Source: a virus (lineage: Duplodnaviria; Caudoviricetes). From it: DNA of 51,148 nt. Shown in pieces: positions 26,897-37,883 of the stretch (position 1 is the stretch's first letter; the number at the start of each line of letters is the position of its first letter). The stretch spans positions 1 through 51,148 of IMG/VR virus record IMGVR_UViG_3300017774_004509; one strand, written 5' to 3'. The position numbers were made by a program, and so were the translations under genes. Under the pieces are notes generated by a model, which saw only the letters and a list, made by a program, of their open reading frames with translations, made no database searches and had not been told where the DNA came from.

Positions 26897-28656
26897 GAGG
26901 TATCGATGGTAGTATTATTGTAGATTTAGGTGATGGAAAAACAACAGTAATATCTGGATCTTTATCAAGTCTTGCAATTTCAACGTTGGATGAAAATGAT
27001 ACGATTTACAATCTGTATCCCACCAAGCTTAATGAACCGCCAATTATAACAACTGGCATACTAGATGCCAGTACCCCTCAGATTAAACCAATCCAAGCAG
27101 CTCAATTAAATCGAAGAGTAATGTATCTAAATAATGATAGTACTATTCGAATTGCAACCGGAGAAAGTATCACCCTAAGGGTAGAGGCCATACAACCAAG
27201 TACATTAAATGTAGAAAATGGTATACCAAAAGTAAAACCAGCACAGCAGGATATAGTTTATATTTGGAGAAAGGATGGAATCACGCTGACAAATGAGCTA
27301 GATAATGCATCACCAAAATACACTATCAATAACAATGAGTTATTAATACAAAATATAGACATAGTTGATTCGGGTTTATATAGTTGTGACGTAACAAACG
27401 ACATAGGAATCACGGAGTCTGAGGATATTGAGTTAGAAGTACTTGATGTTGAGGCCAATCCATTTTTTCAAATCAACCATGTAGTAAATCCAATAGCTAT
27501 CAACGGCCTAGATGGATGGACAGAGTCTGTAGGTTCGATAGAAGCAAAAACACTTAGCAAAATACAATCTCAGACATACAAAGAAATAACAAACACAGAC
27601 TATTTTGGATACACAGTCGATATGTTTAACCCAAGACCATATCAATTAAACTATAGTGATGTAAAAAACTACAGCTCTAACGAATTGTTAGATAATGGAG
27701 GTTACTTCACAAGACCAAAATTAAATTATTTCCAAAATGGAGAGTTAGTAACTGTATCAGCATATCAGGATGTTGATGTTCAAGATATCCAAGAATATAT
27801 ACAAAATAGTGTATATGGTGTGAAGGGTGTTCGAGGTGTATTTACTTGCTATATAGGAAATGCGATATCTAGATTCTTACACACAACACAATATACAACA
27901 CACACTGCAAGAAAAAGGAAAAAAAGTCGATTTGGTAATAATTATAATTTAAACCAATCAAGACTTAGCGAAGAAAATATGCTAAAAGCTGGCCTTCCTG
28001 AAATTAACGAAGTTATTGAGGTTGTAATTGAAGAATATAATGGGAATAATATAATACCAACATCGATATTAGATCCACAAACTAATGCAGTACGTAGATT
28101 ATCAAGAATATCACTACTGGATCCATGGACGAAAGTAAAAAACAATACAAACAACAGTAATCCCTTTAAGAGATTTGATCAAATGACTACGAAGTTATAT
28201 GGACCTGATCAGGATGCTAGGTATACGATGGGTCAATTTGTCGAACATAATAAAGTTATAATCAATCAATTAAATTTTAACACAACTAAAATTAGAATTA
28301 GATTAAATTTCACATCATCAGATATTAGACTATCTGACTTGAATCCAGTATTCACACAAAACACAGATGAGATATTTGATCTTATTAGCTGGCAAAAACC
28401 ATTTAAACAAAATACAACACCACCAATAACAGAAGGTGAATTTATATATTTTTATTTAACTCAACAACCAAGAAATCAAAATAAGTCAATTAGTAGGATC
28501 TTACCTAAAAATGGCATATCGCGAGGATTGATAACTGGTCTTAACTTAAATCTGATCCCATTACTAGACGAAAAGCGCAGCGACCACTATATTTATAATA
28601 TAGGAAGCATAATAAGCAATACGCAGACAAAAGTGCCAAGCACTCTCACTCCATAA
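26893..28656 (+). CDS. virion protein with I-set-like Ig domain and jelly-roll lectin-like domain
   Basis: YIWRKDG...LLIQNI..DSGLYSCDVTNDIG; then NHVVNP...GLDGW. Confidence 0.7.
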   Translation: MRGIDGSIIVDLGDGKTTVISGSLSSLAISTLDENDTIYNLYPTKLNEPPIITTGILDASTPQIKPIQAAQLNRRVMYLNNDSTIRIATGESITLRVEAIQPSTLNVENGIPKVKPAQQDIVYIWRKDGITLTNELDNASPKYTINNNELLIQNIDIVDSGLYSCDVTNDIGITESEDIELEVLDVEANPFFQINHVVNPIAINGLDGWTESVGSIEAKTLSKIQSQTYKEITNTDYFGYTVDMFNPRPYQLNYSDVKNYSSNELLDNGGYFTRPKLNYFQNGELVTVSAYQDVDVQDIQEYIQNSVYGVKGVRGVFTCYIGNAISRFLHTTQYTTHTARKRKKSRFGNNYNLNQSRLSEENMLKAGLPEINEVIEVVIEEYNGNNIIPTSILDPQTNAVRRLSRISLLDPWTKVKNNTNNSNPFKRFDQMTTKLYGPDQDARYTMGQFVEHNKVIINQLNFNTTKIRIRLNFTSSDIRLSDLNPVFTQNTDEIFDLISWQKPFKQNTTPPITEGEFIYFYLTQQPRNQNKSISRILPKNGISRGLITGLNLNLIPLLDEKRSDHYIYNIGSIISNTQTKVPSTLTP

Positions 28657-28661
28657 CAGTA

Positions 28662-31307
28662 ATGCAGAAGGTTTACAAAACTCAACCACGTAGTATAGAT
28701 AAAGCTAAAAGAAGTACGGATTATCAGCTATTACCTGTAAATCCCGTACCTCCAACTATATCATCTCAACCAATAAAGAATGTATTTCAAGTAACCTGGT
28801 TAGATAGTACTGGTAAATCAAAATCCTTTATACCATCAACAAACACAATACAAATAGTAGAGGGCACAGAGATTGAAATCTCAATAATAGCAAATGACCC
28901 AGCTAATCTACAAAATCCAAACGATGATAGCAAGTTAAAATACGTTTGGAAAAGAGATGGAACTCCACTCTATGACATAAATAAGCTGAATAATAACACT
29001 GGTATGCGAGGTATAAGTATACCGAGAGAAGATTCAAAAAAGGATCTATCAGGCACATATACTGTTGATGTCATTAATGAGTTTGGAACAACAACCTCAT
29101 CTGAAGTTATATTAAACATTTTTAAATATATAGATCACCCATTTCTATATAAGAATCTACTAATTAATGGTAATGGTGATGAGGGATTGGATGGTTGGGA
29201 AGTGGATTCTGCAATTAAAACTGATGGTTATTTCGAAGGTTTATTAGAGACAAATAATTTTGGTAGCTTTAATGTGCAACTTAACAAACCGCTAGAAACA
29301 ACATACCCACAGGAAATGTTTCACTTTCCTAAAGGAACTAATTGGAGTAACTTTTCTGGTGTATATACAAGGATAATCAACGGAGATAATATAAATGAAC
29401 CAGGATTTAAGTGGGCGCAATCATTCCCAGCATCTTTAATATTAAATGAGAAAAAAGAAAACACTAAACTCTCTAGTTTTTTTCCGGATCCAAGTTGGAT
29501 AGATGGATATAATAGAAATGGAGAACCAATCACGATTCCATTACAAGCTGAGTTAGAAAACTCAAAAGCATACTTTACAAGAGATGTTGTTAGGTTTAAT
29601 AAGTATGGAGAACAATCAACAACGCGAGCCACACAGGTAATCGATCTAACAGAGATTGCAGATATTATTGATGGTAATGTCTATGGAATAGATCAGGTTG
29701 TTGGTCAATTTTTTGCTTATGTTGGAGTTGGTTTGAGTAGATATAAGTTTAATGTACCGTATACAACCGGGGTAACCCAAACGAATTGGTACATATTAGA
29801 TAATCAAGTTTATGATGTTATAGGTGATGATTTTGCAACAAGGGGCCCAACTTCAATATTTTATCCGGAGGGTGGATTAGATGAAACAAAACCAATTGAA
29901 CTAGTACCAATCGTAGACGATATAACGTGTATATATTTAGAATACTTAGATCAAAACGATGTTGTTGTTAGTCAAAAGAAGATAGATGGACCTACAGCTG
30001 AAGATATCTTTGCTGTTAAAGAAAAGTTTTACATACCAAAGTTTATAGAAACACCAATATCAAAAGGTATACCCTACAAAAGTGTTGACGCGTATAACGT
30101 ATATGATGTAGCAGCAATACGAAGTGGTTTACTTAGTTTTAGAGATAATGGATCTTTAACAATGCCATCGGGAGATGGTAGAGTTCCCGCGGTAACTGGA
30201 CAGGAGTGGTATAACGACGTTGTTAACAATGCATTTACACCAATAATTAGTGCGTTATTCTACTTTGAATCACTAGACGACTCAGCACCATCCATACCAG
30301 ATATTACACAGGTTACAGATGATGTTTTTTATAATTATTTTTACAAAAGAGTAGCCGAAGTTATAATAGAACAACAACTGTCTGAGGATGAAGATCCTAG
30401 AAATTCAAGCAATGCACTACGTAATCAAGGATCAACATACTACTTTGAATATCTTTCATCAGCACTTTTTAGAGATTCTGCAACTTTTAATAATTGGCGA
30501 TATGCTATGTTGTTAGCAAATGATGGTTATCAAAGAAGTAATGATGGTATTACTGAGCGAGAAGCTTACCAATACCAACAAAGATTTGCTATTTTTGAGA
30601 GATTTTTGAATCTTGCAAATTCAAATAAGCGATCAGTTGTAGATAATGTAAAATATACAAATAATATAACAATATTTAGTCAATCCTATTCCAATGTGCA
30701 ATCTGTAAGTGAAAACACAGATAGAAATCAAACGTGGATATACAATAACATAGAAGGTGGTGCATCACAAACAAATAAGCTAAAAACTGATCGTGGAGCA
30801 GCTGCATTCTTTGCCATAAACGATAATGATACAATACCAAAAGGTACAAGAAAGGTTCGAGTATCATTTGAATTTAAACACACATCAGAAACATTTGCTG
30901 ATCAATCACCCGAAGTTAAAAATTGGAATAATCAAGAGTTATATATAGATTTATTCGGTGCAACAGAACAAGATAAAGATGTGTCATTAAATTATGGTGC
31001 ACCTCGATGTGCAATTACATCCATGAAATATCTTCTATTTCCAAATAAAACAACCGTTGATACTCGCTATAATTCTTATTACATACCAAGTAATAACATT
31101 TGGTATATAGAAAAAGCCAAGTTATTTCAAAACATACATAATTCATCTACTGATTTTGTTTATAACCCAACAACAATTGATAACATACAACCACTACCAA
31201 CATCACAACCATATACTGAGGATCAAATTAATACATCTGAACAAAATACAAGCAGACCGCCTATAGAACAACAAGCGCAGCAACAAACAACAACTACTAG
31301 AATGTGA
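28662..31307 (+). CDS. paralogous Ig + lectin-like virion protein
   Basis: YVWKRDG...SGTYTVDVINEFG; NLLINGNGDEGLDGW; YFTR...QVIDL..I...VYG...F..Y.G shared with 26893. Confidence 0.7.
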   Translation: MQKVYKTQPRSIDKAKRSTDYQLLPVNPVPPTISSQPIKNVFQVTWLDSTGKSKSFIPSTNTIQIVEGTEIEISIIANDPANLQNPNDDSKLKYVWKRDGTPLYDINKLNNNTGMRGISIPREDSKKDLSGTYTVDVINEFGTTTSSEVILNIFKYIDHPFLYKNLLINGNGDEGLDGWEVDSAIKTDGYFEGLLETNNFGSFNVQLNKPLETTYPQEMFHFPKGTNWSNFSGVYTRIINGDNINEPGFKWAQSFPASLILNEKKENTKLSSFFPDPSWIDGYNRNGEPITIPLQAELENSKAYFTRDVVRFNKYGEQSTTRATQVIDLTEIADIIDGNVYGIDQVVGQFFAYVGVGLSRYKFNVPYTTGVTQTNWYILDNQVYDVIGDDFATRGPTSIFYPEGGLDETKPIELVPIVDDITCIYLEYLDQNDVVVSQKKIDGPTAEDIFAVKEKFYIPKFIETPISKGIPYKSVDAYNVYDVAAIRSGLLSFRDNGSLTMPSGDGRVPAVTGQEWYNDVVNNAFTPIISALFYFESLDDSAPSIPDITQVTDDVFYNYFYKRVAEVIIEQQLSEDEDPRNSSNALRNQGSTYYFEYLSSALFRDSATFNNWRYAMLLANDGYQRSNDGITEREAYQYQQRFAIFERFLNLANSNKRSVVDNVKYTNNITIFSQSYSNVQSVSENTDRNQTWIYNNIEGGASQTNKLKTDRGAAAFFAINDNDTIPKGTRKVRVSFEFKHTSETFADQSPEVKNWNNQELYIDLFGATEQDKDVSLNYGAPRCAITSMKYLLFPNKTTVDTRYNSYYIPSNNIWYIEKAKLFQNIHNSSTDFVYNPTTIDNIQPLPTSQPYTEDQINTSEQNTSRPPIEQQAQQQTTTTRM

Positions 31308-31326
31308 TATTTATATTTAAAAGATA

Positions 31327-34300
31327 GTGGCACAACCAGTTAACATACCACCAACCACAAGACCCTTTAATACTACACCAAACAATGTATCGGTACCGCT
31401 ATTTGGGACCTATGCAAACAATATTATTGAATACCCCAATGATTGCGTACAAATAGATTTATCAAATCTAAATTCAATCTATTTAGAGTCTATTACTCGT
31501 GGTACTGTAGTTGATATAAGGGGAACAGAAATCACGATAAATCCTGAGAAAGATCTAGTTAATGCTGGATTTATATCTGGTAAATATAATCTAACCCATA
31601 GATTTTTAAGAAACTATCTAGGGTCTAGTGATGGGCATAAATTAACTATACAGGAGATTAGTAATGATAGACTTGAAATAAGAGTACTGCCATTTTTATC
31701 AAATAATATATCAAATGTAGCCTTTACAAATTTTTTTGCATCAGGAATATTCCAGCAACAAAAATCAATCGTATTACCAGATTTATACATATATTTAGAT
31801 GCAATTGATCGTATTGGTGTTTTTGACTATGTGCAAGACAATCTAACTATTAGTGAATCACCATATAGTATAATATTCAAATTAACAACCCCGTTACCAA
31901 TCGATAAGGTTATTGGAGATCTAATTTGGTTAAGTCAAGAAGTTTCGAATCCAATACAGGAGTTTATTACAATTATTCCTCCGAAACTACAAAGAAAAAA
32001 TAGACAGATAGCTGGTCCTAACTTTGAACTATTAGTTAAACAGAGAATTAATCAACAAACAACTTTTAAGAATTGGAATGATTTAATAACTACATCTTCG
32101 GTTAACATACAAAGTATCGTAAACCAAATTTTAAGTGGGTCACTAATAGAGGGGATACCATTAAATGTAGATTATAGAAAATTTGACAATCACGTATTCT
32201 TTGGTTCAGCAGCAGAGCGCTTACAAAACTTCAAATATAAAGTACAGCTTTTAGAATCTTATGATGCGAGAATAGCTCAACTAACAACTGATTTGAATGG
32301 GCTGCAAGATAGTAATGCAACTGGGTCTTTTTACTATACGAAGAATGTAACAGAAGCAAGGAATAAAAAAGCCGCGCTAATAGGTGCATTTGATGGGTAT
32401 GAAAAATATTTGTATTTTACATCCCACTCATATGAAAGCTCATCATATGGTGAATTTTATCCAGCAACTTGGCCTAAACAAAATTCACAAAAACCTTATA
32501 CATTATACAGTAGTACTTCACCGGAGGCTGAAGATTGGTTTGATGGAATACTAACATCTGCTAGCTTATATGATTATAATAATGCAAATAGTTTACAAAA
32601 ACTTACTCCAGAACACATCCAATTAGACGATACGAATCAATCCTATCTATTATTTGTTAATATGATTGGACATTACTATGATTTAATCTACGCATACATA
32701 AAAGATTACGTAAAACTATACAATCGAGATGAATCATTACTCGAGGGATTCAGTAAGGATTTGATATATGCCATATCACAGAATCTGGGAATTGATTTCG
32801 AAAATGGTGCCTCTATAGAAGATCTATGGCAGTATGCAATTGGATTAGATTCCACTGGTAGTTACGTAAGTAATTTTCAAGTTTCATCAGAAGATAGAGT
32901 AAAAGAGGTGTGGAAGAGAGTGGTTGCAAACCTGCCTTATTTACTCAAAACCAAAGGAACTGAACGTAGTATTAGAGCGTTAATAAATTGTTACGGACTA
33001 CCAGCTACGATTTTAAGAATACGAGAATACGGAGGTCCAGAACCTGAGTTTACAACCAAGACTGATTTGAAGTATGAGAGGTTCTTTTATGACTTATCGG
33101 TTGGTCAAACTAGTGGATCATCATTCTCTTATGTAGAATCACCATGGACATCCTCTATTGAATATGGAACTCACCCAAACACAATTGAATTAAGATTTAA
33201 AATACCAGAAGGTGATACTAGGGAGCAGATTATACTAGATCACCCTGGTAGATTTCACATTAAAGCTTTTCAATCTGCATCCGGTGATTATATTGGATTC
33301 TTTTTAAGAGGTGGATCACCTTTACAGTATGCAAGCTCGTCTGTATCTTGTTCTGTTTTCGATGGAAATTATCACCTACTATCACTGAATAGATCAGTAG
33401 ACAGTGATTCAATAAATGCAAATCAGACTTATACTCTAATTGTAAAAAAAACAAAATATCAAAAAGTTACACAAACAGTATCGTGTAGTCTACTTGTTGA
33501 TGCAACAACAATACCTGCTAGCAGCTCATATAATCAACGATATATGCATACGGGGGATGGATCCTACGTAGGTCTTCAAATACCAGGTAGTGGATCATCT
33601 AACGCTGGGTATTTTCAGGGAACCATTCAAGAATTTAGATATTGGTACAAAAATCTAGAAGATAGTGTTTTAGACAACCACGCATTAGCACCAACAAGTT
33701 ACCAGGGTGACTTAGATAGTGAGTTTACAGGTACAACATCCAGCTTCTACAATCTATTATATAGACAAACTTTTGGTTCTGATAATATTAAATATAATCA
33801 CAATTCAATAACAAGCTTACTTAGTAAACATCCAAACCAAAGCATACAAAGATTAGGTGGTGGATACATTAAATCAGCATCATTTTATAACTTCCCACCA
33901 ACCACGTCAACCTACTATAATCCAGTACTAGAGTTTCACTCACTAGAATGGCCAGATCTAGGTGGAAATAGAAGTGTATCAAATAAAATAAGAATTGAAC
34001 CAACACTAACCACAGGAGTTGGTTTGTATAGAAATAGATCAGTACAGCGATCCTTAACGGATTCACAACCACCAGATAGTCCAAGATTAGGTATTTATCT
34101 TTCACCGCAAAATGAAATTAATCAAGATATCGCCGAACAATTTGGAGGAATTAGCATTGATGATTACATAGGTGATCCACAAGATGTTTACAGAGAATAC
34201 TATCCAGATCTATCAAATCTAAGCAATGAATATTACAAAAAATATACAGCGCACAATCTATATAATAATTACATAAGAATAATACGCTATTATGATGGGT

Positions 34301-34950
34301 CTTTATTTCAACTAATAAAAAAACTAGCACCACACAGAGCTAATTTACAAACAGGATTAGTAATAGAGCCTACTATTTTAGAGCGTAATAAGTTTGCAAC
34401 TAATAAACCATCATCACAAGACTTACTATACACAGCATCGATAGACATTCCGGATATATACATACCTGGTGGTGCTATACAAGATGCTGATGGAGATCAA
34501 AGAGATCAAAGTGGTTATGTTTGGGAAACAGAAATAGATTTACAATATACAGAATTAACTGGAAGCTATGATTATTTAGAAACACAATTATCTGGTTCAT
34601 CAGTACAATTGCAAGCATACCAATATGAGTATAATAATCAACAAGTAGCTCAACAACTATCAGTAGAAGAAAGGTTATTTGATGAAATAGATACAGCTGT
34701 AACAGCATATGGTAGAGATGTTAGAGTTGATGGTTCACAATATTGGTTTTATACTTGGAATCGTAGTGGTTCAGAGGGGTTTGTTTATGTACCAAGTGTC
34801 CGCTACGATTATGCAGAAGGTATACAGCCAACTATTTATGATAGTAAGCTGTCAGAATATCAAAGATTAATTAATTATGATGTACCACCAGGTGTAACAA
34901 TATTACCAAATGGTACAGCTATATATGATTTCATTAGTGGTGACATATAG
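31327..34950 (+). CDS. large baseplate wedge protein (gp7-like) with LamG-like insert
   Basis: LPYLLKTKGTERSIRALINCYG motif; TIELRFK...FQGTIQEFRYW ConA-like segment; TATTTATA at 31308-31315. Confidence 0.65.
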   Translation: MAQPVNIPPTTRPFNTTPNNVSVPLFGTYANNIIEYPNDCVQIDLSNLNSIYLESITRGTVVDIRGTEITINPEKDLVNAGFISGKYNLTHRFLRNYLGSSDGHKLTIQEISNDRLEIRVLPFLSNNISNVAFTNFFASGIFQQQKSIVLPDLYIYLDAIDRIGVFDYVQDNLTISESPYSIIFKLTTPLPIDKVIGDLIWLSQEVSNPIQEFITIIPPKLQRKNRQIAGPNFELLVKQRINQQTTFKNWNDLITTSSVNIQSIVNQILSGSLIEGIPLNVDYRKFDNHVFFGSAAERLQNFKYKVQLLESYDARIAQLTTDLNGLQDSNATGSFYYTKNVTEARNKKAALIGAFDGYEKYLYFTSHSYESSSYGEFYPATWPKQNSQKPYTLYSSTSPEAEDWFDGILTSASLYDYNNANSLQKLTPEHIQLDDTNQSYLLFVNMIGHYYDLIYAYIKDYVKLYNRDESLLEGFSKDLIYAISQNLGIDFENGASIEDLWQYAIGLDSTGSYVSNFQVSSEDRVKEVWKRVVANLPYLLKTKGTERSIRALINCYGLPATILRIREYGGPEPEFTTKTDLKYERFFYDLSVGQTSGSSFSYVESPWTSSIEYGTHPNTIELRFKIPEGDTREQIILDHPGRFHIKAFQSASGDYIGFFLRGGSPLQYASSSVSCSVFDGNYHLLSLNRSVDSDSINANQTYTLIVKKTKYQKVTQTVSCSLLVDATTIPASSSYNQRYMHTGDGSYVGLQIPGSGSSNAGYFQGTIQEFRYWYKNLEDSVLDNHALAPTSYQGDLDSEFTGTTSSFYNLLYRQTFGSDNIKYNHNSITSLLSKHPNQSIQRLGGGYIKSASFYNFPPTTSTYYNPVLEFHSLEWPDLGGNRSVSNKIRIEPTLTTGVGLYRNRSVQRSLTDSQPPDSPRLGIYLSPQNEINQDIAEQFGGISIDDYIGDPQDVYREYYPDLSNLSNEYYKKYTAHNLYNNYIRIIRYYDGSLFQLIKKLAPHRANLQTGLVIEPTILERNKFATNKPSSQDLLYTASIDIPDIYIPGGAIQDADGDQRDQSGYVWETEIDLQYTELTGSYDYLETQLSGSSVQLQAYQYEYNNQQVAQQLSVEERLFDEIDTAVTAYGRDVRVDGSQYWFYTWNRSGSEGFVYVPSVRYDYAEGIQPTIYDSKLSEYQRLINYDVPPGVTILPNGTAIYDFISGDI

Positions 34951-34964
34951 TTTTATTTAAAAGA

Positions 34965-35924
34965 ATGAATAATCAAGAAAATGGATATATTTTTGCAGAA
35001 AAATTTAATAGTGAATCTATTAATTATGGAACTGGCTTTAATCCACTGAGAGGTAAAGGATATAGTGCATCTATTAGAGATCTAGTATTTGAGGAGCAAT
35101 TTTATGGTGATCCACGATATGGTGGCTCTGAATATGGTGGAAATAGTGATGGTTACTATATAAGATGGATGTTTACATCATCACTAACTCAAAGCTTCTA
35201 CAATGCAAATCCCAATATAGATCCAAGCGAGAATTTATACGTTTTACATCAAAATTATATTCCAACTGGATCCGGATCTGGAGCAAATGACGATAAATTT
35301 ATACAATATACAACTTACATACCGCTAGGCACACAAAATTTCACATTTCCACCAACAAGCACTAATTTTAATTATAATATATCGGGAGAATATTATAGTC
35401 TAGCAACAGTAGATAATAGTGCTATTAATCCACAGGTACTGCGAATTGGTACGGGTTCTGGTGAAATAACAACAGCAAACAATCCACTAGGAATAATAAT
35501 TAGTCCAGATATATCGGCAACACCATCAGGATCCTTTAATATAACCGCATCCTCAAGCAGTCCACAAATATACTTTAATCTACGAGGCAGATATACATCA
35601 ACTGGCTCAGTATTTGTCTTACGCAATCTAAAAATAACATACCCAGTTAACATCTCCAACTTTGAACAATTTGCACAAACTCAAGATTTACATCTACAAA
35701 CATCAACTGGGATGACAAATGCTAGATATAATGGTTGTAAGATGACTTCCCCTGATTTCAATATAGATAGTCCAGATACAGTTGATGGAGGGCCAGTTGT
35801 AACGGTGACAACGGTTAATCCAAAAGGACCAGTAGTGGGTGACTTAGTACCAAGAAAGAAAACATCACAAAGTGTAAAAAGTACAAGTAATCTAACCGGT
35901 AAAGGGAACTTTAAAATTAAATAA
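34965..35924 (+). CDS. virion structural protein
   Basis: Structural context; TATTTAAA at 34954-34961, 3 nt before ATG. Confidence 0.6.
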   Translation: MNNQENGYIFAEKFNSESINYGTGFNPLRGKGYSASIRDLVFEEQFYGDPRYGGSEYGGNSDGYYIRWMFTSSLTQSFYNANPNIDPSENLYVLHQNYIPTGSGSGANDDKFIQYTTYIPLGTQNFTFPPTSTNFNYNISGEYYSLATVDNSAINPQVLRIGTGSGEITTANNPLGIIISPDISATPSGSFNITASSSSPQIYFNLRGRYTSTGSVFVLRNLKITYPVNISNFEQFAQTQDLHLQTSTGMTNARYNGCKMTSPDFNIDSPDTVDGGPVVTVTTVNPKGPVVGDLVPRKKTSQSVKSTSNLTGKGNFKIK

Positions 35925-35963
35925 AACAAAAAAACGACATATTTATATAAAATAAGAAAGAGT

Positions 35964-36722
35964 ATGGGATACTTAAATAATGCTACGGTTACCGTTGATG
36001 CGATATTAACAAACAAAGGAAGACAAATCCTTGCAGCAGGCGGAATGCTTAATATTACAAAATTTGCATTGAGTGATGATGAAATTGATTACGATCTTTG
36101 GAATCCGGCACACACACTAGGTACTAATTATTATGGTGCTGTAATTGAAAACATGCCAATAATAGAAGCTCTGCCTGATGAAACTCAGATGATGCGCTAC
36201 AAATTAGTAACATTACCAAAAAATGTGATAGGTATCCCACAGATCACAGTTACACCAGGTTCAATTACTTTCAATGCATCTAGCGAAGCTGTCACAGTAA
36301 CACCAACAACAATCAATCTAGATGGTGGAAACAGCACACTTGGATATACTGTGATACTAAGTGATAATACAGTAGCTACAATAGAAGTTGCACCAGATGG
36401 AACAACAACACGTCCTCCAACAGGACCTGGCGCAACATCAACATCAACACCAATGGTTGCAGCAGATATGAGCGTAACAAGCTTTATTGATGATGAAGCA
36501 GTAGGTATTACTACAGCTGGTACAACAATTACTCGAGTTGGTAAAAAATTCATTGTGAGACCAGTACCACAACCAGTTACCCCACAAAGACCAGCTGGAA
36601 CAGTCACACGCGCATTACTAACAATCATAGGAAACGAAACTGGTGGATTTAAAACAATCCAAATTACATCAGCACTTGGAATATATCAAGACGTTAATCA
36701 ATTTAATAGATTTACATCATAA
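35964..36722 (+). CDS. baseplate/tail-fibre attachment-type virion protein
   Basis: AILTNKGRQILA...ITKFALSDDE resembles N-termini of tail-collar/fibre-attachment proteins; TATTTATA at 35940-35947. Confidence 0.55.
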   Translation: MGYLNNATVTVDAILTNKGRQILAAGGMLNITKFALSDDEIDYDLWNPAHTLGTNYYGAVIENMPIIEALPDETQMMRYKLVTLPKNVIGIPQITVTPGSITFNASSEAVTVTPTTINLDGGNSTLGYTVILSDNTVATIEVAPDGTTTRPPTGPGATSTSTPMVAADMSVTSFIDDEAVGITTAGTTITRVGKKFIVRPVPQPVTPQRPAGTVTRALLTIIGNETGGFKTIQITSALGIYQDVNQFNRFTS

Positions 36723-36750
36723 ACAAACATAACAAGCAACTACCAGAAAT

Positions 36751-37803
36751 ATGATATATAAAAATTTTACGACCGATGATGTTATTACTGGAGATATTCA
36801 AACAGTATCTCAACCACTATGGTCAGAGAATATTAATCCACTATCAGGAGGTTATTCGGCTGGTGTAGGTTTCTTCACATCCTCTACACAAATGTCTCAA
36901 TCAGGTGATTATTACGTGAATGTATATCATCGAGATCCAGTAGCACAAAGCAGTACATCACAAATACAATTTGCTATAGCGTATGGACATAGATTGGGTA
37001 GTGGATCGGAGGGAGATCCAAACACAACCGGTCAAAACACAAACGATACACCATCAAGAGCAATATACTCACAATATAGAAATCAATTATTACCACCAAC
37101 AGATCAGGTATTTACATTCGGCTCAGGTAACGGTGCAAGAAATCCAGACGATATTCTTGTAGTTAATATTGCTAGAAATCGATTTAGACAAAAAGTAGAT
37201 CCAGGTAACTGGGAATTAAGACTTGCGTCTGGATCAGCAACAGCAACAGCCTATTGGACATTTATAGATGGATCAGGGGCTGGTGAAACCCCATCAGTAA
37301 ACCAAGGTGGTCGTGTATTTCCTATTTATAGTGGATCTGGTGGAGTAACAGCATCAAGTACGGTATATGGATTATTCTATCCTGATAACGGTGTATTTAT
37401 CTTCGATGCAACTATACTAAGTTCTTCTTTGGGAATGGCTATAGATAAGAGTTCACCAACGGCAGTAGGAGGAGCTCAAAATCCACGAAACCACACACAG
37501 TTATACCGACATATAAGTAGCTCAAACTTCTTTGCAGCCAGAACAGAGGAGAAAGTCACATCAACACACTACTTTGTTCGTGTAACTAATAAACAGTTTA
37601 ATTTCTCAAATAATCCAACATTTACAACTGGATCAGCCGGCAACTTCAGACACCCTTCAATGTTACGTAACCCAAGTGTTTATATTACAACAATTGGTAT
37701 GTATGATAATAACAATCGACTATTAGCTGTTGCCAAATTAAGTAAGCCTTTACTAAAATCATTTAATCGTGAGGCGCTCATAAAAGTAAAACTAGATTAC
37801 TAA
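36751..37803 (+). CDS. virion structural protein with C-terminal YITTIGxYD..LLAVAKL..P motif
   Basis: C-terminal domain shared with 37884-39533. Confidence 0.6.
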   Translation: MIYKNFTTDDVITGDIQTVSQPLWSENINPLSGGYSAGVGFFTSSTQMSQSGDYYVNVYHRDPVAQSSTSQIQFAIAYGHRLGSGSEGDPNTTGQNTNDTPSRAIYSQYRNQLLPPTDQVFTFGSGNGARNPDDILVVNIARNRFRQKVDPGNWELRLASGSATATAYWTFIDGSGAGETPSVNQGGRVFPIYSGSGGVTASSTVYGLFYPDNGVFIFDATILSSSLGMAIDKSSPTAVGGAQNPRNHTQLYRHISSSNFFAARTEEKVTSTHYFVRVTNKQFNFSNNPTFTTGSAGNFRHPSMLRNPSVYITTIGMYDNNNRLLAVAKLSKPLLKSFNREALIKVKLDY

Positions 37804-37833
37804 GAACCACTCCATGGATAGCATCCTTGGATC

Positions 37834-37864
37834 AACCCTCCAATTACTGGGGGGTTTCTTTTTT
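37834..37864 (+). terminator. intrinsic terminator
   Basis: AACCCTCCA-ATTAC-TGGGGGGTT stem followed by TCTTTTTT. Confidence 0.75.
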
Positions 37865-37883
37865 AGAAGATATTTATAAGTAT

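Noticed and set aside
34948-34965. TAG readthrough, recoding or frameshift fusing 31327 and 34965 genes
   Set aside because: An in-frame TGA follows five codons later, long genes are intact in code 11, and the downstream gene has its own late-type motif.
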